IMG/VR virus record: IMGVR_UViG_3300046495_000014
Coordinates: 21,602-85,601 of that record
Source: a virus
Taxonomy: Duplodnaviria > Caudoviricetes
Strand: one strand, 5' to 3'
Length of the DNA: 64,000 nt
The number at the start of each line of letters is the position of its first letter. Position 1 is the stretch's first letter. The position numbers were made by a program, and so were the translations under genes. The notes under the pieces were generated by a model. It was not told the DNA's origin, made no database searches, and worked only from the letters and a program-made list of their open reading frames with translations. Below, one piece after another: positions 1 through 7,924 of this stretch.

Positions 1-443
1 TCGATGAACGGCGTGCGTCGTCGTCGGAACGCGAACGTGTTCGTCGTCGGATCCTGGCCCGCCACCGAATCCATCGGGAACCGGTCGAACGCGTTGTTCA
101 GTCGCCCGATGATTACGGGCCCCGCCGCTTCGTTCCCAGACGGTAGCGCCACCAGTACTTCGTCGCCCTTCACGAACGGGTGGTATTCCCCTTCCCCGTT
201 ACCCGCGATGACAGACGACAGCCGGCAATGCACTTCGTTCCGCGAGGGCATCAGCATTACGCACACCATCGGCTGACCAAGCTCCGCGTCGAACGTAACG
301 ATGTCCTTCGGATCGGTAGCGTGTACCAGGCCGTACGAAATCCATTGGCGCGGATCGATACCGGGCCGCGCCATCCCCGCTGCCGCCGTCGCCGAATCCA
401 GCGGTCGAACTACTTTCCGAACGGTCGATGTCGTCCTGCTCAT
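1..443 (-). CDS. Baseplate spike/puncturing protein (gpV-like), runs off window start
   Basis: Hand-translated from ATG 443 (ATGA overlap with hub stop): ...YHPFVKGDEVLVALPSGNEAAGPVIIGRL, an OB-fold spike-like motif; follows the hub gene. Confidence 0.65.
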   Translation of the reverse strand, partial: MSRTTSTVRKVVRPLDSATAAAGMARPGIDPRQWISYGLVHATDPKDIVTFDAELGQPMVCVMLMPSRNEVHCRLSSVIAGNGEGEYHPFVKGDEVLVALPSGNEAAGPVIIGRLNNAFDRFPMDSVAGQDPTTNTFAFRRRRTPFI

Positions 444-2242
444 ACGCCCTCGTCGATTACCACATTGACCGGTCCGGTCCCCGCGGTTTCCGCCGACTGA
501 ACGTCGGACGGTGAAATCTGCTCGTCGGCGTCCAGTTCCTGATCGTTCCGGATTTCGATGTAGTTCATGGCTTCCAGATCGATAGTCACGCCGCTCGATT
601 CCATATCCCAGTCGAGGCCAACCGTCTTGCAGCGGAACGTAGAAACCAAGCCGACGTTCCGGATCGCCTGCGAATACGCTTCCGCGAACGCCGCCGAATA
701 CCCCAGGCCAGTCAGGTATTCGCGAGGACGATCGCGCATCTGCGCCTGGATGTCCCCGAGCGTCGTACTGCGATTCGAGTCCGTCGGGGTCGTCGTCATC
801 TCGATGTCCAGTGCGTCGCCGGGCATCAGATCTAACGCGTCCGGATCGAGGTTACCACCGCCGAAACTGGCCAGATTCTTGGTTATGCAGCGAACTTCCA
901 GTTCGGCGCGCCCCTGCGATTCGTAGGTAGACTGGGCCAGAATCCGTGCCGTCTTTTCGTCCTTGATCTCGGGCCGAGTAACGACCCACCAGGTCTGTTC
1001 GTTCTGGTCCCCCGGCGACGGCTTCGACATCCGCTTCGCGACGTTCGTCGGAAACCGAGCGATGATCATCCGTTTTCTCGACGTATCGTACGACTGGATC
1101 TCGACGTTCCTCGGAACAGACGTGGTGTACTTCCGCTTGATCTTCAATTCCGTCAAATTGTGCCCGTACACGTACAGTCGATTCGTCAGTACGCGCCCGG
1201 ACGGCAGGATTCGCCCCGTGAACGGATCGTCTGGACGTCCCGCGAACCGTCGGTCGTACAACGTCCGCGGTCGCTGAACGACGATCGTCGTTCCTACCAT
1301 GCGGATATTGTGACCCACCATGCCGCACACGTCGGTGAGGTAGTCCCACACCTTTAGCTTCGACGCCGCTCCGCCACCGCCCGCTGCGCCGCCGCCGCCC
1401 GTTGGCGTAGGTCCGCGGTTGGGCTGCCCCGCGTGTTTCTGCACCGCCGCGCCCAACGTCGGTATCTTCGACGCGTCGATCTTGGGAGCGTACGCCACGG
1501 ACAGTCCCTGGAACTGCGGGAAGTTCGCCAGATAGTTCGCGATCGCCTGGTCGATCCGGATCTTCGGTTCGACCGTCAGTTGAGGGGGGGCGTCCTGGTC
1601 TAGTAGCAACCGGGTGTTATCAGTGCATTCGATCTGCACCGCTAGCGATTCGTTTTCCGGGAACATCGCTTCGTGATCGTCGATCCATCCCTCGAATCGT
1701 AGGTTCGTTCGCTGCCGCCCGTACGCGTCCACGTAGTCGTCCGGAACCACGTGTCGAGGCGTAGCGTTCCCGACGCTATCGGTTCGAGTCTCCCCCGCGA
1801 TCCCTCGCTGGTAATCGTCAGCCGTAACGCAGCCCAAGTAATACTGGACGGCGATCGATCGGATACAGCGCGGATCGATAGGCAGATCGACGAACGGGAT
1901 GGTCAACGATAGGTTCGACGCCGTTCGCATCCCGTTTCGGCGTAACGTCGCCCGCGCCGGAATGATGCCGTCGACGTAATGCGTGAACCCGTCTTCCGAC
2001 GCCGTTTGCTGTTGCGGGGTCCCCAGTCGGTTCGGCGACGAGCCTTCACCCTGTAAGGACCAGCCGCCGTTGACGTACGTCACAGTCAACTTCGCGTCCT
2101 TCGATTTTCCCGCCCCCTTCCGCAAGTGCGCCGGTAGTCGGGGGGGCTTGGCGATCTTCGGGTTGTTGTAATCCTCGAACCGCACGCACAGTCGCACGCG
2201 GGCCGACGGGTAGTAACTCTGATCAACGTCGTCGCTGGACAC
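440..2242 (-). CDS. Baseplate hub / late control D-like tail protein
   Basis: 600 aa, between LysM protein and spike; leaderless-type box upstream; called mainly on synteny. Confidence 0.55.
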   Translation of the reverse strand: MSSDDVDQSYYPSARVRLCVRFEDYNNPKIAKPPRLPAHLRKGAGKSKDAKLTVTYVNGGWSLQGEGSSPNRLGTPQQQTASEDGFTHYVDGIIPARATLRRNGMRTASNLSLTIPFVDLPIDPRCIRSIAVQYYLGCVTADDYQRGIAGETRTDSVGNATPRHVVPDDYVDAYGRQRTNLRFEGWIDDHEAMFPENESLAVQIECTDNTRLLLDQDAPPQLTVEPKIRIDQAIANYLANFPQFQGLSVAYAPKIDASKIPTLGAAVQKHAGQPNRGPTPTGGGGAAGGGGAASKLKVWDYLTDVCGMVGHNIRMVGTTIVVQRPRTLYDRRFAGRPDDPFTGRILPSGRVLTNRLYVYGHNLTELKIKRKYTTSVPRNVEIQSYDTSRKRMIIARFPTNVAKRMSKPSPGDQNEQTWWVVTRPEIKDEKTARILAQSTYESQGRAELEVRCITKNLASFGGGNLDPDALDLMPGDALDIEMTTTPTDSNRSTTLGDIQAQMRDRPREYLTGLGYSAAFAEAYSQAIRNVGLVSTFRCKTVGLDWDMESSGVTIDLEAMNYIEIRNDQELDADEQISPSDVQSAETAGTGPVNVVIDEGV

Positions 2243-2248
2243 GTTCCG

Positions 2249-2254
2249 AAGGTA
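2249..2254 (-). promoter_or_regulatory. Extended -10 box (TGG-TACCTT)
   Basis: 6 nt before GTG 2242. Confidence 0.6.
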
Positions 2255-2262
2255 CCACGTCC

Positions 2263-2284
2263 GACGCCGGATCGATCCGGCGTC
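2263..2284. repeat. 22-bp perfect palindrome GACGCCGGATCGATCCGGCGTC, copy 1
   Basis: Exact copy between divergent -10 boxes. Confidence 0.95.
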
Positions 2285-2289
2285 CGCGC

Positions 2290-2295
2290 CATAGT
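2290..2295 (+). promoter_or_regulatory. CGCGC-CATAGT -10-like box
   Basis: 6 nt before ATG 2302. Confidence 0.6.
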
Positions 2296-2301
2296 GCAGG
2301 C

Positions 2302-2490
2302 ATGCGAATCCTCGACGCGTACATCCAAACCACGTCCGACGACCATCTGGAAGACTTAGCCGAACCGCGATTGACCGTCACGATAGCCGTCGACGACCTA
2401 GCCGACGGCTTACGGCTACTTCAAGACATCGCCATGATGGTCAACCCGCCCGACGATCTAGACCGTCCAGAATCGCCCGAGTCGGAATGA
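2302..2490 (+). CDS. Small acidic hypothetical protein, antisense to tail operon
   Basis: 62 aa; conserved box 6 nt upstream; overlaps 3' end of LysM gene. Confidence 0.6.
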   Translation: MRILDAYIQTTSDDHLEDLAEPRLTVTIAVDDLADGLRLLQDIAMMVNPPDDLDRPESPESE

Positions 2491-3658
2491 CCAACGGCTT
2501 ACCGACTGGCGGGGAAATCGAATACGCCGCCAGTCCGTTCGCCTTCGCCAGCGCGCCCGCTACCGTATCGGTCTGGTAAAACTTCATCGCGATCTTCCCC
2601 AGCGTATCGCCGGCTCGCGGTAGGTAAACGGTGATGAGATCGCCAGTCTCCATCCGATTCCCCGACGCCGCCGACTGCACCCCGGCGCTACGCCTGCGAT
2701 TGGCGGCCTTCGCCAAGTCGGCGTTTACCGATACCATCCAGTTCGCAGAATCCTGGGCCTTGCTGTAATAGGCCGCCGACCGCGTAAGCATCGACACGCG
2801 CGATCGGGTCTGCGTTTCCTCGAGAGGCGTTCGACTGATGTCGTCCAAGAAGTTGTTCGCGGTCGAGACCGCGTAGTTCGCGACGTCCAGCGCCCTACCT
2901 ACCAGCGACACGGGTATGTCCCGGATCGTCAGTACCAGCGATCCTAGGTCGTGCATACGGCTCGTAACGCTATCCGCAGCCCGCGCGAAACTGTCGAACA
3001 TTTCGAACGGCCCCTTCGCGAACTGTTCTAGCGCCCCTAACGTAAGCCGAGTGGGCGACGCCTTCAGCGCCGTATTATTCGCCGCCGTCACGCCGTCCTG
3101 CGACGCGATCGCCGCCTGGATCTTCGCGATCAGATCGAACGATACGTCTTGCAGTTTCGCCGGTTCGGAATCGCCCTTCCCGATCCACACGAACGTAGCC
3201 GACCACGCGATGTCGTCCAGATTATCCGGGCGGGCTTCGAACGTCCCTAGCCGCCCGTCCCGCACCACCTTCAGCTTCCGTTGAGGCACGGCCCCCTTCG
3301 TCGACGGCGCCGATTCGTTCGACCACGTGACGCGCAGTAGCTGGCCGCCATCGCGGATCTTTTCGAAGATCGTCCAAAGGTCGTGGGCATACCCGACGTT
3401 GTGCGGCCCGTCTTCGTCGGTCCAGGTGCAGGGGTTCCGCAGTAGCGTGACCGTCCGCCAGCTACCTTGCCAGTCCGACGGCGCTACCTTCGTGGCCAGC
3501 ACCTGTTGCGACGCTCGTCGGTTCCCCGGGTAGAACTGCGTGGGCAACGTCGTTTCGCCGCCGTAGCCGGCGGGCCGTAGCGGTAGGCCCGACCCGCGCA
3601 GTTCTAACTTACGTTTCTTGCCGCTCAGTTCCTCGATCGTCAGATTGCTGGTGGCCAC
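2441..3658 (-). CDS. LysM-containing baseplate/tail tube initiator protein
   Basis: C-terminal RAGDTLGKIAMKFY...LAKANGL LysM-like motif; downstream of tape measure. Confidence 0.65.
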   Translation of the reverse strand: MATSNLTIEELSGKKRKLELRGSGLPLRPAGYGGETTLPTQFYPGNRRASQQVLATKVAPSDWQGSWRTVTLLRNPCTWTDEDGPHNVGYAHDLWTIFEKIRDGGQLLRVTWSNESAPSTKGAVPQRKLKVVRDGRLGTFEARPDNLDDIAWSATFVWIGKGDSEPAKLQDVSFDLIAKIQAAIASQDGVTAANNTALKASPTRLTLGALEQFAKGPFEMFDSFARAADSVTSRMHDLGSLVLTIRDIPVSLVGRALDVANYAVSTANNFLDDISRTPLEETQTRSRVSMLTRSAAYYSKAQDSANWMVSVNADLAKAANRRRSAGVQSAASGNRMETGDLITVYLPRAGDTLGKIAMKFYQTDTVAGALAKANGLAAYSISPPVGKPLVIPTRAILDGLDRRAG

Positions 3659-3664
3659 CCCAGC

Positions 3665-3670
3665 AATCTA
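3665..3670 (-). promoter_or_regulatory. Extended -10 box (TGA-TAGATT)
   Basis: 6 nt before GTG 3658. Confidence 0.6.
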
Positions 3671-3675
3671 TCACG

Positions 3676-4389
3676 TCAACCGGCCGCGTACCGCTTAGCC
3701 CATAGCGCTAGGGCTGGGGTCGCCTGCGGAATCGATCCAGGCGTAGGGGGGGCGGGTTGGTTCGTCTTCGCGTGGACCTGCGCCTGCGCCATCAGGGTTT
3801 CCAGGATCTCTAGTTTCTCTTTGATGTGGAGCCCCGCTTGCGCGATGCCGTCCGCGTCTTCGTCCTTCGCCGCCGCCGTAGCTTCCTTCATCAGCGATTC
3901 GATCTCGTCGATGTAATCGCCGGCTTCGTCTTTCAGATCCTCGATCGACTCGGGATCGCCGCCCTGGTCTTCCGACGCTTTCGCCTGATCGATCAGTTCG
4001 TCGAACTTGTCAGCGTACCCTTCAGCCGCCGACGCGACGGACTGGACCTGCGACAACAGCCCTTCGAAGTTCTCCGTGCCTTCGTCGGCTTCCTGCGCCT
4101 GTTCGTCGTCCGATTCGTTCGCTTCGTCTTCCAAGGTTTCGTCGTCTTCGCTGTGGTTCACTGGATTGTCTCCCGGTTGCGGTTCTATCGCAGGCGTATC
4201 CGTATCCGTGTCCACGGACGCGTTCGGATCGGTTTCGATCATCGATTCGTCCCCAGCGCCCGCCGACCATTCCGCAGCGACGTCGCACAAGTCGGTGATG
4301 TCGGCTTCCGACAGCGAATCCAAAACGTCCGTCAACGGACCTGCGACGCCTGAAGATTGGGTTAGGGCGGGGAGCACTGGCATGGACAT
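3676..4389 (-). CDS. Highly acidic hypothetical protein
   Basis: 237 aa, Asp/Glu-rich; GAGGT SD and TGC-TAGTGT box (4406-4411) upstream. Confidence 0.75.
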   Translation of the reverse strand: MSMPVLPALTQSSGVAGPLTDVLDSLSEADITDLCDVAAEWSAGAGDESMIETDPNASVDTDTDTPAIEPQPGDNPVNHSEDDETLEDEANESDDEQAQEADEGTENFEGLLSQVQSVASAAEGYADKFDELIDQAKASEDQGGDPESIEDLKDEAGDYIDEIESLMKEATAAAKDEDADGIAQAGLHIKEKLEILETLMAQAQVHAKTNQPAPPTPGSIPQATPALALWAKRYAAG

Positions 4390-4431
4390 AATCGACCTCG
4401 GGAAAACACTAGCACAGACCGGCCGCCGCTA

Positions 4432-6417
4432 TCACGTACCGAAGGGACTGGCGCTCGCCGACTGGTAACGCCGTTCCGCGGCCGCCAAAATGTCCCGCTG
4501 GAACACGACTGCGATTCGATCCGGGTCTTGATCTCGGAAGTCTTGTTGGATCTTGAAGGACTGCCCGCCGTTGAACTGGACCTTCGGCGTGCCCGCGGCC
4601 GACTTCTCCCGCTTCGCTGCCACCCCGGCCATGTCCTTCAGTAGGGAGGAGAATTCAGACGCCGAATCCTTCGTGGCGTTCGCCAACGCTTCGTACCCGA
4701 CCGACGTAAGTTCTGCCGACGATACGAACGCGTCTTGCAGGGTCTTAGACTTCGCCAGCAGATTGGCGATGTACGTCTGCGCGCCCGCGTCCGCGACGTC
4801 CACGGCCGTCTGGAACCCTTGGGCGAGAGGCGCGATCGTCGTCGCTTCGTTCGTATCGTGTCCGCCATTCATGAGTCGGGCGTTCTCTTCGATCTGCCGC
4901 GCCGCTTCTTCGGCGCCCGCCACCATGTTCCGGTTCGCGCGATGTTGATCCATCGCCGCGTCCGCGTACTTCTCGGCCTCGACTCGAGACATACCAATCA
5001 GTTTCGAATCGATCAGAAACCGATGCTTCGTCGTCTCGAAGTGGTCCATCGCGTTCTGGTCCATCGCCTCATAACCGGCGTTCTCCTTCTTCGCCATGTT
5101 CGTGAAGTATTCGTACCGCGCGCGAGTGTCCGATTTCTCACCGTCGTCCATCTCCTTCATCAGTTTCGCGCCCTGCGTCGCCGCTAAGGTCACGCTCCCG
5201 ATGGCCAGCGCGAACGCTCCTAGCGCCACCACGCCGCCCATCGCACCGGCTCCTAGCGCCGCCCCGCCTGCTTGCCCCATCGTCGTTACGCCGCCCGCTG
5301 CGCCTGCGGAATAGATAGCCTTCCCGGCGCCGAACGCCGACTGTGCGATCTGCGATCCCATTACGGTCTTGGCGCCGTACGCGATCGCCAACGCTTCCTT
5401 GTGCTCGATCGCGAACTGGATGACAGACTTCGCGAATCCCCAGGCCGCTACGATGTCTTCTTTGATCTCCGCGCTGTTTTCGCGGATGTACGCCCAGCCC
5501 TCGCGGATTACCCGCGCCGCTTCTTCGGCGTACTTCGACACGTCGACCGCCATGTGCTTCGCGAATTCTTCGATCGACCCGCTGCCAGCTTTCATCCACT
5601 CGACTAGCTTCCGCAGCTGCGGAACGATCGCTTGCAGTAGCGGCGTTCCCAACTGCTCCTTCGCGATGTCTTCCATCGTGTGCATCTGCTGGATTAGGGC
5701 GCCCATCCCCAACGGAGCCTGCCCTAGCTTTTCGGAGATGTGTTCCATCCCCTTTTCGAGCCGGTCCGACCGCTGTTCGTCGGTTAGTTTCGCCCATTCC
5801 GCCGCGGCCCCCTTCGTCTTGTCGCCGAAGATCCCAGTCGTTTGCAGCAACTGGAACATGTGCCCGCGGGTTCGCAAAATGCCTTCGCCCATCATCTGGT
5901 ACTCGCGGGCCATGCCTTCCGCGCTGCCGCCTAGTACACGAGACATGATCGCGATCTGCGCGATCGATCCCTTGGACTTTTCCAGATTCTCGACGCCCGC
6001 CCCGCCGATCTCCGTCAGCACCTGGAACGCGCCCTTCAGATCGTCGGCGTTCCGCCCCTGGTCCAACGCGAGTTGGTTCAAGTGCTCGTTGAGTTCCTTC
6101 GACTGCGACTTCGCCGCGTCCCACGGAACGTTCTGCATCGTCGCGATGAGTCCCGTCATCGCCCCGACGTATTTGCCGTTGTTCCGGGCCGCGTCTATGA
6201 ACGACGCCCCGAACTCTTCCACCTTGTGGATCGCCTGCGGGAGGTACGACCCGACGGCCATAGATAGGGTCGATTTGAAGAACCCCATGCCCGCCTGCGT
6301 CGCCTGCTGGGCCTGCGACGTTTGCTCGAACGCCTTCTTCAGTCCCTGAATAACCGACGAGCCGCCCGCGTCTTCGACGACTAACTTCGTTTTGACTTCA
6401 TGCGTTTCGGTGGACAC
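4432..6417 (-). CDS. Tape measure protein
   Basis: 661 aa, Ala/Gly-rich, helical; directly after tail chaperones. Confidence 0.85.
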   Translation of the reverse strand: MSTETHEVKTKLVVEDAGGSSVIQGLKKAFEQTSQAQQATQAGMGFFKSTLSMAVGSYLPQAIHKVEEFGASFIDAARNNGKYVGAMTGLIATMQNVPWDAAKSQSKELNEHLNQLALDQGRNADDLKGAFQVLTEIGGAGVENLEKSKGSIAQIAIMSRVLGGSAEGMAREYQMMGEGILRTRGHMFQLLQTTGIFGDKTKGAAAEWAKLTDEQRSDRLEKGMEHISEKLGQAPLGMGALIQQMHTMEDIAKEQLGTPLLQAIVPQLRKLVEWMKAGSGSIEEFAKHMAVDVSKYAEEAARVIREGWAYIRENSAEIKEDIVAAWGFAKSVIQFAIEHKEALAIAYGAKTVMGSQIAQSAFGAGKAIYSAGAAGGVTTMGQAGGAALGAGAMGGVVALGAFALAIGSVTLAATQGAKLMKEMDDGEKSDTRARYEYFTNMAKKENAGYEAMDQNAMDHFETTKHRFLIDSKLIGMSRVEAEKYADAAMDQHRANRNMVAGAEEAARQIEENARLMNGGHDTNEATTIAPLAQGFQTAVDVADAGAQTYIANLLAKSKTLQDAFVSSAELTSVGYEALANATKDSASEFSSLLKDMAGVAAKREKSAAGTPKVQFNGGQSFKIQQDFRDQDPDRIAVVFQRDILAAAERRYQSASASPFGT

Positions 6418-6423
6418 CTAGGC

Positions 6424-6429
6424 AGGGTA
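6424..6429 (-). promoter_or_regulatory. Extended -10 box (TGT-TACCCT)
   Basis: 6 nt before GTG 6417; 6 nt from palindrome copy 2. Confidence 0.6.
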
Positions 6430-6435
6430 ACACGG

Positions 6436-6457
6436 GACGCCGGATCGATCCGGCGTC
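6436..6457. repeat. 22-bp palindrome copy 2 (extends to 28 bp, 6433-6460)
   Basis: Exact copy with self-complementary flanks CGG/CCG. Confidence 0.95.
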
Positions 6458-6464
6458 CCGCTAC

Positions 6465-6857
6465 CTACCCGCCCGCGTCGAAGTCGCCGAATCCCCAGGG
6501 CGACATCGCTGGAACGGCGGGGGTCGGTTCGTTTCCGCCGTTCTCGTTTCGAATCAGTTCGGCCAACGCCGCTTCCCAGAGTTGGGCTTCTTCGTGCGTT
6601 AGCTCCCACGCCCAGTCGACAGACTGCCTAAGGTACCGGACGATCGCCGTCACGCGCGCGTACAGTTCCGTCAACGCCTGATTCGGATCCGGGTACATGA
6701 ACAAGAACGCCGCGTCGAATCCGACGTCGGCCCCCGTCCCTCCCGCGTACTTCCACGCCAGGCGGTGCAGTCGTTTCGCTACCCAATCGGGGTCTAGCGT
6801 CCAGCCGTTCGCGTCGACGGTCAGCCGCCCGCTAGACGTACTGCGACGCAGTTCTCG
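6465..6857 (-). CDS. Tail assembly chaperone, frameshift-extended part (gpT-like)
   Basis: Open -1 frame overlapping the 3' end of the chaperone gene, entered at TTTTTTC. Confidence 0.7.
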   Translation of the reverse strand, partial: RELRRSTSSGRLTVDANGWTLDPDWVAKRLHRLAWKYAGGTGADVGFDAAFLFMYPDPNQALTELYARVTAIVRYLRQSVDWAWELTHEEAQLWEAALAELIRNENGGNEPTPAVPAMSPWGFGDFDAGG

Positions 6858-7357
6858 AAAAAATCGGCCATCTCTTCCTGCTTCGCGACGTGCAGTTGGA
6901 CGAACAGTCGATCCAGAATCGAACGGCACTTCGGTCCGATCGCGTCCCACCAGATGTCGATGTTGCCGACGCCGGGTTCGCCGGTCCAGTCCGCCACGGC
7001 CCCGTCGACGGCGCGGATCATCTGTTTCGCCATCTGCTCGGCCATCTTGTTCGGGTCTTTATCGGACCGCATGATGGCTAGCTTTTGGTCGCCTAGGTTA
7101 TTCGACCAGATGATCGCCTGCCGTTCGCCCTTCGCCGGCGTGTCCGTCATCGTCGGGCGGAATCGGAGGTACATCACCTGCTTGTTGCGCGGTATCTTCA
7201 GACCCGGCGGTACCAGCACCCAGTCGGGGATCCCGCCGTCCGTCGCGTCGGGTAAGTCCACGCGTGGGGTTATCGGGATCGGAGTCTCGACGGCTTCCGC
7301 CATCGCGTTGGGGGTTACGTTCGGTGGTGGTGGGTCGGTATCGTTTCGATCGATCAT
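6821..7357 (-). CDS. Tail assembly chaperone (gpG-like)
   Basis: 178 aa between tube and tape measure; GAGGA SD; TGG-TAAGGT box at 7379-7384. Confidence 0.75.
   Translation of the reverse strand: MIDRNDTDPPPPNVTPNAMAEAVETPIPITPRVDLPDATDGGIPDWVLVPPGLKIPRNKQVMYLRFRPTMTDTPAKGERQAIIWSNNLGDQKLAIMRSDKDPNKMAEQMAKQMIRAVDGAVADWTGEPGVGNIDIWWDAIGPKCRSILDRLFVQLHVAKQEEMADFFENCVAVRLAGG
6857..6863 (-). other. -1 programmed ribosomal frameshift slippery site T TTT TTC
   Basis: X XXY YYZ heptamer in frame with gpG; -1 frame is the 6465 ORF. Confidence 0.75.
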
Positions 7358-7395
7358 GGGGTGTAGTCCTCGGCTCGAACCTTACCACAACCCCC

Positions 7396-7438
7396 AAAAC
7401 GGCAGCACCCCTGCATCCATCGGACGCCGGGGTGCCGT
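7396..7438 (-). terminator. Putative intrinsic terminator after tail tube gene
   Basis: GC-rich bulged stem (ACGGCACCCC...GGGGTGCTGCCGT) followed by TTTT on minus strand. Confidence 0.5.
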
Positions 7439-7468
7439 AGCCTCTAAGCGTACTCCCGCAGGGGGGGA

Positions 7469-7912
7469 CTAGAGCAACTGGTTGTTCGTCATCGACCGTT
7501 CGCTGCATGCGAACGTCAATTTGTGTTTCGCGAATTCCTTTCGGCTCGCGATCGACGACGCAGCCGGGCCCCAAGCCACGTCCATGTAAACGAACACGGT
7601 CGAATCGCCGTTGGCGTAAATGTCCGACCGAACGACGTTGAAGACGATGCCCGGATCTTTACGCTGCGCCCGCGACCGAATCGCTTCCACGAATTCGGTC
7701 CAGCCGCTGCGCGCCGACTGGAACTCTAGGTTCCCCTTGTAGCCGCTGAACACGTCCGAATACGTCGACGCAGTATGGCCTAGGAAGTTCTCTTCCTTGA
7801 TTTCGTTCTCCATCGTGTCGTCGAACGTCCCGATGGCGGTGATCTCCGACACCACCGTTCCGTCGCGAATTAGTCGAACGGTCACGTCCTGCCCTAATAG
7901 TCTTTGCTCCAT
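7469..7912 (-). CDS. Tail tube protein
   Basis: 147 aa directly after sheath; beta-strand-rich pattern. Confidence 0.75.
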   Translation of the reverse strand: MEQRLLGQDVTVRLIRDGTVVSEITAIGTFDDTMENEIKEENFLGHTASTYSDVFSGYKGNLEFQSARSGWTEFVEAIRSRAQRKDPGIVFNVVRSDIYANGDSTVFVYMDVAWGPAASSIASRKEFAKHKLTFACSERSMTNNQLL

Positions 7913-7924
7913 GGTGTTGGTTCC

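Noticed and set aside
5138-6349. Long alternative-frame ORFs over the tape measure gene (5138..6124, 5369..6349)
   Set aside because: Shadow ORFs typical of high-GC DNA: Arg/Ser-rich, no RBS or promoter box, fully overlapping a convincing gene.
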